Positions 36,746 through 45,938 of a stretch of DNA of 64,000 nt are shown in pieces (position 1 is the stretch's first letter; each line of letters opens with the position of its first letter). Origin of the DNA: Candidatus Udaeobacter sp. (GTDB lineage: Bacteria > Verrucomicrobiota > Verrucomicrobiia > Chthoniobacterales > UBA10450); assembly GCA_035938475.1 (NCBI GenBank), contig DASZGW010000045.1, forward strand, positions 17,746 through 81,745, read 5' to 3'. Below the pieces are notes generated by a model. It did not search any database. It saw nothing but the letters and a program-made list of their open reading frames with translations, and was not told the DNA's origin. The translations under genes were made by a program, and so were the position numbers.

Positions 36746-39091
36746 TCAGCGCTGGGCAAGAGGATTGGCTGCGGCCGCTTTCTCGGTAACCTCGCGTCGC
36801 AAGGCTGTAGCGCCGCCACCGCGGGCGCGCGTCCACCACAGCACAATAGGTGAGGCGATAAAGATGGAGGAGTAAGTGCCGACAACCACGCCGATAATGA
36901 TGGCGAGCGAGAAGTCGCGCAGCACCGCGCCGCCGAACAAAAACAGGCAAAGAATCGGGATAAGCGTCACGGTGCTTGTAAGAATGGTTCGGCTCAGCGT
37001 CTGGTTGATGCTCGAGTTCATGATCTCCTCAATCGTGCCACGCCGCCCGCTGGCCAGGCCTTCCCGAATCCGATCGTAAACGACAATGGTATCGTTGATC
37101 GAATAGCCGGCCACAGTGAGCACAGCGCCGACGATGGTGAGGGTCAACTCGCGGCCGAAGAGAGCGAACACGCCAACAGTCATAAGCACGTCATGCAAGA
37201 GCGCGACAATCGCGCCTACGGCAAAGGAAAGTTGAAACCGGAAGGTTACGAAAATCAAAATACCCAGGATGCCCAAGCCGAGCGCGATTAACGAATTTTT
37301 TGCCAGTTCACCACCGACGAGCGCACCGACGCGTTCCGAGCCTTCCACTCTAAAGCCAGAGCCTGGCAGCGTCTGCATAACTTGCTTTTCCACCTTGTCG
37401 CTGGTGTTCAACGGTGTCCGGATCGTGATGTAACTCCTGCCGACTTGCGTGGATTCCTGGATGGAAGCGTCAGCAAGCCCGATTGGCTTGAGCGCACCGC
37501 GCACCTGCCCGATATCGATCTTGCCAGGTGCACTCAAAGTGATGAGATCGCCGCCGCGAAAATCGACGCCAAAATTGCGTTCGCCGCGTTTGTAAAAGGC
37601 TGCTGCGCCAGCTAGAAGCAGCGCGAGCGAACACATGCAGGCAATAAAGCCTTTGCCGAGGAAATTGATATTTCGCGCTGAAATCAAGTGCAGCATCGAG
37701 ATCCGTTTCAGTCGCCCCGTATCGACAAACCAGCCGAGGCAATTCCGCCCTACAATGAGTGCGGTAAACAACGAAGCCAAAATGCCGAGGCTAAGTGAGA
37801 TGGCGAAGCCTTTGACCGGGCCGCTCGCTTTCCAAAAAAGAATCGCTGCTGTAATCAGTGTCGTAACGTTGGCGTCGAAAATCGAGCTGAACGCTTTCTC
37901 GTACGCCGTGTTCAGCGCGACCTTGAGCGATTTCCCAAGCGCCATTTCTTCGCGCAACCGCTCGTAAATCAGCACGTTCGCATCCACCGAAAGGCCAATA
38001 GTCAGGATGATACCCGCGATGCCGGGCAGCGTGAGCACGAAATGGAACATCGTCAACGCACCGACGAGCAAAATCAGATTAATGATCAAAGCGAGATTTG
38101 CGATGAGACCGGGAATTTTGTAATAGACGGCCACGCAAACGAGCGTGATGACCAGACCGACCAAGCCGGCGAGAATGCTCGCGCGAATCGAGTCCAGGCC
38201 GAGAGTGGGCGAAACGCTGCGCTCTTCTTCGATGCTCACCGGCGTTTGCAACGGATTCTCTAATACGCTGGCGAGACCCCGCGCTTCCGGTTCACCCATG
38301 CGCCCGCCGCTGATGACCGCGTTGCCCCCGTAAATGGCCGTTTTAATGACAGGCGCGGACTGGATCACACCATCGAGAACGATAGCGAATCGGTGACCTA
38401 CGTTTGCCGCGGTGATATCGCCGAATCGTTTCGCGCCTTCTGTATCGAAATCCAATTTAACCTCCCATCCCTCGTTGCCATAGCCGGCGCTTGCATGACT
38501 GACATGTTCCCCGCCGAGATCTGCTTTCTTTTTTACAAGCAATCGCTCCTCCCTTGGCTTCTCGTTTTCTTCTGCGGCGACCTTGTAAACTTCGATCCGG
38601 TAGTCCGGCGGGATCACTTCTTTGCCGGCATCAATCGCGCGCAGGCGATCACCATTGTCAGGATAAACCATCCGAAACTCGAGTTTCGCCACGCGCGAAA
38701 GTTGACCGCGCGCTTCCTGAATCTTCGCGGGGTCGAGACCGGGAATCTGGACCAGAATCCGATCGCTGCCGACCGGACTAATGATTGGCTCGCCCCCGCC
38801 AAAGTAATCGACACGCTTGCGAATGACCTCGACTGCCTGATCGAGCATTCCCTTGGTGACTTGTTTATCGCCACCTTTCAGCCGGATGAGAAAGGATGTG
38901 CCGCCTTGAATGTCGAGGCCGAGCGCGATCTTTTTCTGCGGCGGCCAGATAGTGACAATGCTGGAAACGACAAGCAACAGCACGAGCGTCATGGCCAGTA
39001 GGCGTTTCCGCAGTCCCTGATCGGTGGCGAAATACCACCCGAAGAGGACGAGGATTGCGAGTCCGGCAACAAATGTAAACGCAGGGGTCAT
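36746..39091 (-). CDS. secDF: fused protein translocase subunit SecDF
   Basis: SecD periplasmic head and 6-TM region, then a SecF 6-TM region (LGLDIQGG.., GIAGIILTIGLSVDANVLIYER, AGYSINDTIVVYDRIRE). Confidence 0.9.
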   Translation of the reverse strand: MTPAFTFVAGLAILVLFGWYFATDQGLRKRLLAMTLVLLLVVSSIVTIWPPQKKIALGLDIQGGTSFLIRLKGGDKQVTKGMLDQAVEVIRKRVDYFGGGEPIISPVGSDRILVQIPGLDPAKIQEARGQLSRVAKLEFRMVYPDNGDRLRAIDAGKEVIPPDYRIEVYKVAAEENEKPREERLLVKKKADLGGEHVSHASAGYGNEGWEVKLDFDTEGAKRFGDITAANVGHRFAIVLDGVIQSAPVIKTAIYGGNAVISGGRMGEPEARGLASVLENPLQTPVSIEEERSVSPTLGLDSIRASILAGLVGLVITLVCVAVYYKIPGLIANLALIINLILLVGALTMFHFVLTLPGIAGIILTIGLSVDANVLIYERLREEMALGKSLKVALNTAYEKAFSSIFDANVTTLITAAILFWKASGPVKGFAISLSLGILASLFTALIVGRNCLGWFVDTGRLKRISMLHLISARNINFLGKGFIACMCSLALLLAGAAAFYKRGERNFGVDFRGGDLITLSAPGKIDIGQVRGALKPIGLADASIQESTQVGRSYITIRTPLNTSDKVEKQVMQTLPGSGFRVEGSERVGALVGGELAKNSLIALGLGILGILIFVTFRFQLSFAVGAIVALLHDVLMTVGVFALFGRELTLTIVGAVLTVAGYSINDTIVVYDRIREGLASGRRGTIEEIMNSSINQTLSRTILTSTVTLIPILCLFLFGGAVLRDFSLAIIIGVVVGTYSSIFIASPIVLWWTRARGGGATALRREVTEKAAAANPLAQR

Positions 39092-39093
39092 TC

Positions 39094-39128
39094 GATTGCG
39101 GATTGGGGATTGGGGATTGTGGATTGGC
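39094..39128 (-). repeat. five tandem heptamers (minus strand GCCAATC CACAATC CCCAATC CCCAATC CGCAATC) abutting the secDF start codon
   Basis: Plus strand reads gattgcg gattggg gattggg gattgtg gattggc. The tract ends 2 nt before the secDF ATG (39091). No Shine-Dalgarno-like sequence is visible. Confidence 0.8.
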
Positions 39129-39189
39129 TCATCGCTCCAAGCCTTAACCGTTTAATTTTCATCGACAATCCGCTATCAGACATCAACTC

Positions 39190-39510
39190 TCAGCTCTCTT
39201 TCAGCACCGTCGTGACAGCCGATTTGTCCATCTCGATCTTCACGTTGTCGGCTACTTTCACCAGCACGGTGTTTTCCTTCACATTCGAGATCAGACCGTG
39301 AATGCCGGCATTGGTCACGACCCGGTCGCCGGTTTTCAAACTCGAAATTAACTGCTGTTGCTGTTGCTGCCGCTTCTTCTGCGGTCGGATCATGACAAAG
39401 TACATGATGATGAAAATGAAAATTAGCGGCACGAAAAATGAACCAATGCCGCCGCCCGGCATCTGTTGAGGAGCCGCGCTTTGCGCCTGAGCAAGAAACA
39501 TCTGGAACAT
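39190..39510 (-). CDS. yajC: preprotein translocase subunit YajC
   Basis: Single TM segment plus the MIRPQKKR motif and KTGDRVVT..GIHG.I. ATG at 39510 preferred over the GTG at 39531. Confidence 0.85.
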   Translation of the reverse strand: MFQMFLAQAQSAAPQQMPGGGIGSFFVPLIFIFIIMYFVMIRPQKKRQQQQQQLISSLKTGDRVVTNAGIHGLISNVKENTVLVKVADNVKIEMDKSAVTTVLKES

Positions 39511-39663
39511 ATTTAGAATCGGAGAGCGCACCTTAAACGCGAAAGCGTCCGCTGCAATCGTTCTTTCGCGTGACTCGGATCATGGAGAACAGCCCGCAGC
39601 AATACGCCACTTTCGCTTGATGAAAAACGTGCCAAGCATGCTAACCTTCGTTGCGCTGATAAT

Positions 39664-39736
39664 GGGGGTATAGCTCAGCTGGTAGAGCGTCTCGTTCGCA
39701 ATGAGAAGGCCAGGGGTTCGAATCCCCTTACCTCCA
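39664..39736 (+). tRNA. tRNA-Ala (anticodon CGC)
   Basis: Manual cloverleaf fold: acceptor GGGGGTA/TACCTCC with the G3:U70 Ala identity pair, anticodon loop TTCGCAA, T-loop GGTTCGAATCC. CCA is not encoded. Confidence 0.9.
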
Positions 39737-39792
39737 CTTCCCCAGCCGAAAAACGGCAAGAAATTCTAGCGAAACACCGCTCTCGTTAGGGT

Positions 39793-42700
39793 TTAGTGGG
39801 AAATGCGGAAGTCGGCTGGAAGCACCGCGCGCGCGCCCATCGTGCCACCTGAGCTATGTTCGGCATCTATCGCGCCAACGTTGGTTGACGGCGCTGGAAT
39901 TGGTTGCTGTCCCTTGGTTTTGAGAGATTCGTTCAGGGGAGGCAGGTCCTTGGCAAGCAGTTGGTCGAACTCTTTTGTTACATCATTTAATTCCCGCTTG
40001 AGCGCATCGATATATGCAATCTGGTATCCGCCAGGTTTTCCTTCGTAACTGAGAATCGCTCCGTAAAGCTGATCCGTGTGTTCTCGCAATCGCTCCTCAC
40101 CGGTGATCGCTCCACCTTCGGTTGTGGCGACGATTTTTTTACGGACAGCATCAACTTTCCCGTCGAAATCGGAGATATCCTTGTTAAACGGATCGCCTGC
40201 AGGTAACGCTCCCCCACTCTGCACCAATGCCTTACGCAAGGAAACAATGCGGCCCATTAGCGCGCTTTCCTCGTCAAAGAGCGCATGGACCTTCATCGCA
40301 GCATCGAATTGTGCCTTGCGATCCGCAGCGCTGAATTTCGCCCGGCGATCGAGACCAACCGTCAACTTGGTCTCCGAAACGTTGCCGGCCTTGGTGAGGC
40401 GCACAGTGTACACGCCCGGTACTAGCCGTGGGCCTCGCACTCCCGCATAGGCAACCTGCGCAGCGGGCGGCACACGCGGCGGCTTAGCGCGCATCGGCCA
40501 CGTCACGCGATTGAGTCCGGGACGTTTACTCGCTGGCAATTCATCGACAACACGCCCCGAGGAATCCAAAACTTCCAGCTTCAATTTTCCAAACAGATGA
40601 CGCTCGCGCTGATAGTAATTGATCACGGCAGCGTCCGGCGGATTATCGCCAGTAAAAACTGCGTCGCCATTGGCCCATCCGCCGGCGCCTTCAATCCGCT
40701 GTTGCACTGGGCGCGCTGAGACGAATGCAACTTCCTGCTTCACCAAATCCGGCGTCAACGCACGTAATGGCGTCATATCGTCGATGATCCAAATCCCGCG
40801 ACCGTGCGTTGCAAGAACAAGATCGTTATCGCGCGGATGAATCGCCAGATCTCGAACCGCAACTGCGGGAAAATGGTTACCTTTAAATTGCGCCCAGTTT
40901 TTTCCACCATCGATGGAGACCCAAAGTCCAAACTCGGTACCAAGGAACAGCAGGTCCGGCTTGACCAAGTCCTCCTTGATGACATGAGCGTATCCACGAA
41001 CGCCTTTGGCGTCCTGTGCGCTCACAAGCGGCGTCCACGTCTTGCCGTAATCGGTAGTTTTGAAAACATACGACCCCATGTCGCCAAAAGTGTGCCGATC
41101 AAATGCGGCATAAGCCGTACCGGCGTTGAAGTTGCTCGCCTGGACCCAGTTCACCCATGAATTTTTTGGCAAACCGGGAACATTGCCGACGACGTTGGTC
41201 CACGTCTTTCCGCCGTCACGGGTAAGTTGAAGGTTGCCGTCGTCTGTGCCGACCCAGATTAGCGATTTGTCCTTGGGCGATTCACTGATCGAGTAAATCG
41301 TGGTGTGCATTTCCGCCGAGGAATTGTCCACCGTGACGCCGCCCGATTGCTCCTGTTTCTGTTTTTCGGGATCGTTGGTTGTCAGATCCGGCGAAATGCG
41401 TTCCCACGTTTGGCCGTGATCGCGCGAACGAAAGAGAAACTGAGCGCCGATATAAATGGTACCCTTTTCGTTAGGCGAGAGGGCGATTGGTGTATTCCAA
41501 TTGAACCTGAGCTTTTCTTTGTAATTCGGTCTTGGCTTGATGTTGCGAGCTTCGTGCGTGTGGCGATTTACTCTCGCGATCTCGCCACCCTGGTATTCGG
41601 CATAAATGTAATCAGGATCGACGGGGTCCGGGAACATCCAGAAGCCGTCGCCATTGTACATATTTTCCCACTGCGCATTGGTAAGGCCGCCCGGGTATTG
41701 AGATTCTCCGACGAAAGAGCTGTTATCCTGCAAACCGCCGTAAACACGGTAGGGATCCTTATCATCCACGCTAACGTGATAGAACTGGGAGACCGGCAGG
41801 TTTTCGGCTTTCCACCATTTCGCGCCGCCGTTGTAGGAATACCACATCCCGCCGTCGTCACCTGCGAAGACGACCTGCGTGTTGGTTGGATCGATCCACA
41901 CATCGTGGACGTCGCCGTGCATCCCGCCGAATCCACCGACTACTGCGAAACTCTTGCCCGCGTCCTCGCTAACAATCAGCGCGCCATCAGTCTTAAATAT
42001 GCGGTCAGGATTTTTTGGATCGACAACCAGGTTCGCGAAGTAGAACGGACGCCACACCATCCACTGGCTTTTGTCGCGTTTGTCCCAGGTCGCGCCGCCG
42101 TCGTCGGAGACAAAGAGCGCGCTATCCGGTGATTCGACAAAAGCATAAACACGTTTGGCATTCGATGGTGCGATTGCTACTGCAAGCCGTCCGTATGGTT
42201 TCTTCGGGAAACCTTTGTTGGCCTCCGGCGTAATCTCCGTCCAGGTATTGCCGCCGTCCGTAGAACGAAATAATCCACTGGCCGAAGCCGCCGTCGGGCT
42301 TTCACCGCCGGAACGGTACTCCCAGCCTTTGCGCCGGAAATCCCACATCGCTGCAAACATGATATCCGGATTTGCCGGATCGATTGCGACATCGGTGGAA
42401 CCGGTCGAAAGATTCGCTCCTTTGAGGACCTGGTTCCACGTCTTGCCGCCGTCGGTGGTTTTGTAGAGCCCGCGATCGGGCGAATCGCTCCAGAGCGCGC
42501 CGGGCACCGCGGCAAAGACCGTGTCGTTGTTCTTTGGGCTCACGGCAATTTTCGCAATGCGCTCGGATTTTTCCAGACCGGAACGCGTCCATGTTTCGCC
42601 GCCGTCGGTCGACTTGTAGATTCCGTCACCAATTGAAACGCTGTTACGCGTCCACGATTCACCGGTTCCGACCCAGACATTTTTCGAATTTTTTGGATCG

Positions 42701-43110
42701 AGCGCGATCGCGCCGATTGATTGCGCGGGTTGTTCGTCGAATACGGGTCGATATCGCGTTCCGTTATCATCGGACTTCCAGACCCCGCCACTCGCTGCGC
42801 CCACAAACAGCGTAATCTTGCCAGATGGCTCGCGTGTCCCCACAAGCGCTGAGATCCGTCCGCTCATCGTTGCGGAGCCTATGTTGCGTGCGCCGAGGCC
42901 AGAGATGGTTGCTGAATTGAATGGCGCATCCTCGGCCCAACAAGAAATTATGAAGAGAAGCAGGAACGAAAGCGATGCGAGGATGCCTTGCACTCCAAAA
43001 GCACTTCGTGCAAAATCACAGGTGCGTCCATTTTGTTTCGTCCCGCAGTCGCGGGACTTTGGGAGTGCGCGCGCGTCCTCGCGTCGCTTTTGGTGATTCA
43101 GTGCCCTCAT
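39793..43110 (-). CDS. sortilin/VPS10-type BNR-repeat beta-propeller protein (annotated in many genomes as glycosyl hydrolase, BNR repeat)
   Basis: At least eight S/T-x-D-G-G-x-T-W Asp-box motifs (STDGGETWT, TTDGGKTWN, STDGGNTWT, SDDGGATWD, SRDHGQTWE, TRDGGKTWT, TTDYGKTWT, SIDGGKNWA). Signal-like hydrophobic N-terminus. Confidence 0.8.
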   Translation of the reverse strand: MRALNHQKRREDARALPKSRDCGTKQNGRTCDFARSAFGVQGILASLSFLLLFIISCWAEDAPFNSATISGLGARNIGSATMSGRISALVGTREPSGKITLFVGAASGGVWKSDDNGTRYRPVFDEQPAQSIGAIALDPKNSKNVWVGTGESWTRNSVSIGDGIYKSTDGGETWTRSGLEKSERIAKIAVSPKNNDTVFAAVPGALWSDSPDRGLYKTTDGGKTWNQVLKGANLSTGSTDVAIDPANPDIMFAAMWDFRRKGWEYRSGGESPTAASASGLFRSTDGGNTWTEITPEANKGFPKKPYGRLAVAIAPSNAKRVYAFVESPDSALFVSDDGGATWDKRDKSQWMVWRPFYFANLVVDPKNPDRIFKTDGALIVSEDAGKSFAVVGGFGGMHGDVHDVWIDPTNTQVVFAGDDGGMWYSYNGGAKWWKAENLPVSQFYHVSVDDKDPYRVYGGLQDNSSFVGESQYPGGLTNAQWENMYNGDGFWMFPDPVDPDYIYAEYQGGEIARVNRHTHEARNIKPRPNYKEKLRFNWNTPIALSPNEKGTIYIGAQFLFRSRDHGQTWERISPDLTTNDPEKQKQEQSGGVTVDNSSAEMHTTIYSISESPKDKSLIWVGTDDGNLQLTRDGGKTWTNVVGNVPGLPKNSWVNWVQASNFNAGTAYAAFDRHTFGDMGSYVFKTTDYGKTWTPLVSAQDAKGVRGYAHVIKEDLVKPDLLFLGTEFGLWVSIDGGKNWAQFKGNHFPAVAVRDLAIHPRDNDLVLATHGRGIWIIDDMTPLRALTPDLVKQEVAFVSARPVQQRIEGAGGWANGDAVFTGDNPPDAAVINYYQRERHLFGKLKLEVLDSSGRVVDELPASKRPGLNRVTWPMRAKPPRVPPAAQVAYAGVRGPRLVPGVYTVRLTKAGNVSETKLTVGLDRRAKFSAADRKAQFDAAMKVHALFDEESALMGRIVSLRKALVQSGGALPAGDPFNKDISDFDGKVDAVRKKIVATTEGGAITGEERLREHTDQLYGAILSYEGKPGGYQIAYIDALKRELNDVTKEFDQLLAKDLPPLNESLKTKGQQPIPAPSTNVGAIDAEHSSGGTMGARAVLPADFRISH

Positions 43111-43117
43111 CTATTGA

Positions 43118-43888
43118 TCAACGCTGTGGTTGCGGGAGACTTATTTGGCCGGGAAACTGAAATATCGTGTCATCTACCGGCACGTTGGCTTCGACCTTAT
43201 CGATTATGATTCTTTGCTTGTCGGGCGCTCCCTTGCCCCCGACCTCAATCGACGTTGGAACGAATACGCCTCCGACCTTTTCATAATCGCCCAGGTCGGT
43301 CTCTACCTCTTCGTGCGCGCCGTGTCTGGTCCGTTGTGTTAAGACACGAATCTCCAGAAAGTGATCAGGATCCAGATAGACAAAACTTACGTCTCCATTC
43401 TTTCGCGTTACTTTCAACTTGTGCGCTGGGGTTCCATCCACGTCTTCGGTTCCGAGATATTCGACCGCGTTTCCTTTCGCCTGCCAATCGACCAACGGCC
43501 CGTCCATCTCCGCGTCTTCCACGAGCGCTTTGACATCATCAGCCGACATTCGTTCGGGATCTCTGCGCCCAAAGAATGGTGAGACTCTCCACCCTTCCTT
43601 GCCGTCATATGCCTCAATTTGAGTCATTCCCTGAAGAGACGCTTCAGTGCGCACATCCTCGGGCCGCTTCTTGACCTGCATGAAGGCCAATTGAATTTGC
43701 CCTTCTTGCACAAGCAGCTTGCCACTCAGCCGCAGGGTTCTCAGATCGTGCAGGGCGCTCGCGCCACCCTTCGCCTCGATGTTCTTCGTCATCAATTCGT
43801 CAACCGTCGGCTGACTTTTATCTTGAGCGAAAGCGTCTGAAACAACGAGAGCGGCGGAGATGAAAGCGATTAGAAAACGCAGATACAT
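43118..43888 (-). CDS. secreted LolA-fold / outer-membrane lipoprotein-sorting-like protein
   Basis: Signal peptide MYLRFLIAFISAALVVSDAFA, ~255 aa beta-rich, ends 7 nt before the sortilin-like gene starts. Family assignment comes from overall resemblance only. Confidence 0.5.
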   Translation of the reverse strand: MYLRFLIAFISAALVVSDAFAQDKSQPTVDELMTKNIEAKGGASALHDLRTLRLSGKLLVQEGQIQLAFMQVKKRPEDVRTEASLQGMTQIEAYDGKEGWRVSPFFGRRDPERMSADDVKALVEDAEMDGPLVDWQAKGNAVEYLGTEDVDGTPAHKLKVTRKNGDVSFVYLDPDHFLEIRVLTQRTRHGAHEEVETDLGDYEKVGGVFVPTSIEVGGKGAPDKQRIIIDKVEANVPVDDTIFQFPGQISLPQPQR

Positions 43889-44046
43889 AATAGTTTTGGT
43901 GACGAATAGGAGACACCACACGGGCACCAATGTTCAAAGCAGATTGCAATGCAAGCTGTTCTCGAAAAAAAATACTGCGGACGCGATAAGGCAATTTTCG
44001 TGTCCCTAATTGCCAAAGCCGATTAAAGTTCACGCCGAAATAAATC

Positions 44047-45930
44047 GTGCCTCCAATCAAAAAACACAAAATCCGACCCGCGCCGGATGCAACCGCGGAT
44101 TCGCGGCGTTCTGCTGCGGCGAAAAGCCAACATAAACCGGGCAAAAGAAAATCCAACCATCCGTACGCCTCAGTCGTACCCGGCTCATGGCGACTCAATT
44201 ATGGCATTGTCCTTCTGTGTATCGTCGCTACCGCTGTGCTTTATGCGGGCGACCTTCATCTGGGCTTTTTCAGAGTCGATGACCAGCAGTATGTCGTCAG
44301 CAATCCGTGGATACAGGGAATAACCTGGAAGCATCTCACGCAGATTTTCGTTAATCCTTACTACCTCAATTATTCCCCTCTTCATTTGTTATCCTACGCG
44401 CTTGATTACGCGGTTGGCGGCTTGAACGAATACGCATTCCATCTATCAAGTAATCTCTGGGCCGGAGTTGTTGCCGGTTTTGTATACCTCATTGCACTTG
44501 CCCTAACGCAGGAACGCAGAACTGCGATGGTTGCTGTCTTGTTATTTGTTGTTCATCCAGCGCACGTGGAAGCGGTCGCCTGGATTTCAAGCCGCAAGGA
44601 TTTGGTGGCTGCTGCATTTGTGCTGCCTTGTGTTCTTGCATACCTAAAATACAGGCAGCGTGGTGAAATCGGCTGGTACCTCGCTTCACTTCTGCTGTTT
44701 CTCTTCGCATTGCTGGGAAAACTATCCGTTGCCGCTTTCCCCGCGGTGCTAGTGGTTCTCGACCTGGTGCTTGAAAAGCGCTCATTAAGCCGGTCAATCA
44801 TTGACAAGGTTCCATTCCTTGGTCTGGCGGCTTTGGTAGCAGTGGCAGTGCAGAACGCACAACCGAGCACTGGATTGCAGTCTGACCTGGCCATGCATGC
44901 AAAGGCCATTGTCCAGAGTTTGTGGCTGCTTACCGGCCTGGGAAGTTATGTTATATATCGTGTACCTCCTGCGCCGGGAGGTACTTTGTCACAATTGATT
45001 GGACTAGGTGTCCTACTTGGCTTGTTCGTATTGCCGTTGTTCCTGCGCAAACGCTATCCTGTGGCGACCGTTTCGATCTACTGGATCTTGTTCACTTATC
45101 TCCCAACACAGGTTCTGCCATTCAGTTATCCAGTAACTGACCGCTACCTTCTTTTGCCGTCAGTAGGCGCGGTTATTCTCATTGCATGGCTGTTGATCAA
45201 AGCAACAGATCATTTACACAAGTGGAAGGTAGCCGCTTCAGCAACGTTGGTTACGGCAGTTAGTTTCATTTGGCTCACGAAAACCGTTGATTACTTGTCC
45301 GAATGGCGGGATCCGCGATCGGTTTGGTTCGCTGCAACACGCAAATCAGGTGACGTCCATCTGTATTACGAACTCGGATGGGAATACCGCGAAAAAGCCG
45401 CAAGCTTTGGAATGCAACGACGAAATGCTCCGCTTCCTCCAGAAGAAGCTAAAAATTATGCTTCCGTGGTTTGGAAGGATGATCCCCGACTTCCAAAATT
45501 GCTGGCTGAATTGGCAGAGAACCAGCATAGCGGACCGGTTGAGAAAGCGTTTAAAGAATATTTGCTGGCCAACGCGTCAGAAAATTTTGACGAAGCCGTC
45601 ACAAGAAAGGGAGCCCACATTATGCCGGACCTCTTTCTTAGCCGCGGGGTCTATTTTCTCGACAAAGGCGATATGCAGTCTGCAAAAAAAGAATTCCTGG
45701 CGGGGCTCGATGAAGCCTCCGGGTTGCCGTATTCTGAAGGTCAGCAGGAATCCTTAATCGCATGTCATTACAACCTGGCAGTTGCGGAACAGGGACTTGG
45801 CCATTCCAAAGAGGCGTTGTCCTGGATCAGGCTTGCGGAAGAAGAACAGGATAAACTTGGTAGAACTGTGCTCCCCGAAATCACTCCAGGTCGTCAGAAG
45901 CTTGAGTCAATCCCAACAAGCTTTCGGTAA
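44047..45930 (+). CDS. TMTC/PMT-like polytopic membrane protein with C-terminal TPR-like region
   Basis: FFRVDDQQYVVSNPWIQ loop motif after TM1, ~10 TM segments, C-terminal helical repeats. GTG start at 44047. Confidence 0.6.
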   Translation: MPPIKKHKIRPAPDATADSRRSAAAKSQHKPGKRKSNHPYASVVPGSWRLNYGIVLLCIVATAVLYAGDLHLGFFRVDDQQYVVSNPWIQGITWKHLTQIFVNPYYLNYSPLHLLSYALDYAVGGLNEYAFHLSSNLWAGVVAGFVYLIALALTQERRTAMVAVLLFVVHPAHVEAVAWISSRKDLVAAAFVLPCVLAYLKYRQRGEIGWYLASLLLFLFALLGKLSVAAFPAVLVVLDLVLEKRSLSRSIIDKVPFLGLAALVAVAVQNAQPSTGLQSDLAMHAKAIVQSLWLLTGLGSYVIYRVPPAPGGTLSQLIGLGVLLGLFVLPLFLRKRYPVATVSIYWILFTYLPTQVLPFSYPVTDRYLLLPSVGAVILIAWLLIKATDHLHKWKVAASATLVTAVSFIWLTKTVDYLSEWRDPRSVWFAATRKSGDVHLYYELGWEYREKAASFGMQRRNAPLPPEEAKNYASVVWKDDPRLPKLLAELAENQHSGPVEKAFKEYLLANASENFDEAVTRKGAHIMPDLFLSRGVYFLDKGDMQSAKKEFLAGLDEASGLPYSEGQQESLIACHYNLAVAEQGLGHSKEALSWIRLAEEEQDKLGRTVLPEITPGRQKLESIPTSFR

Positions 45931-45938
45931 TCGGTTCC

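Noticed and set aside
41305-42132. A 275-aa plus-strand ORF inside the sortilin-like gene. Similar long antisense ORFs occur at 5448-6344, 21030-21815, 58183-58851, 63052-63825 and 62366-63037.
   Set aside because: These are shadow ORFs opposite strongly supported genes in GC-rich DNA. Their translations are Arg/Gly/His-rich with no recognisable motifs, and they have no independent start or stop context.
43818-44198. A 126-aa minus-strand ORF spanning the LolA-like / TMTC-like intergenic region.
   Set aside because: It overlaps the 5' end of the well-supported plus-strand membrane protein and is Arg-rich and motif-less, so it is probably not coding.
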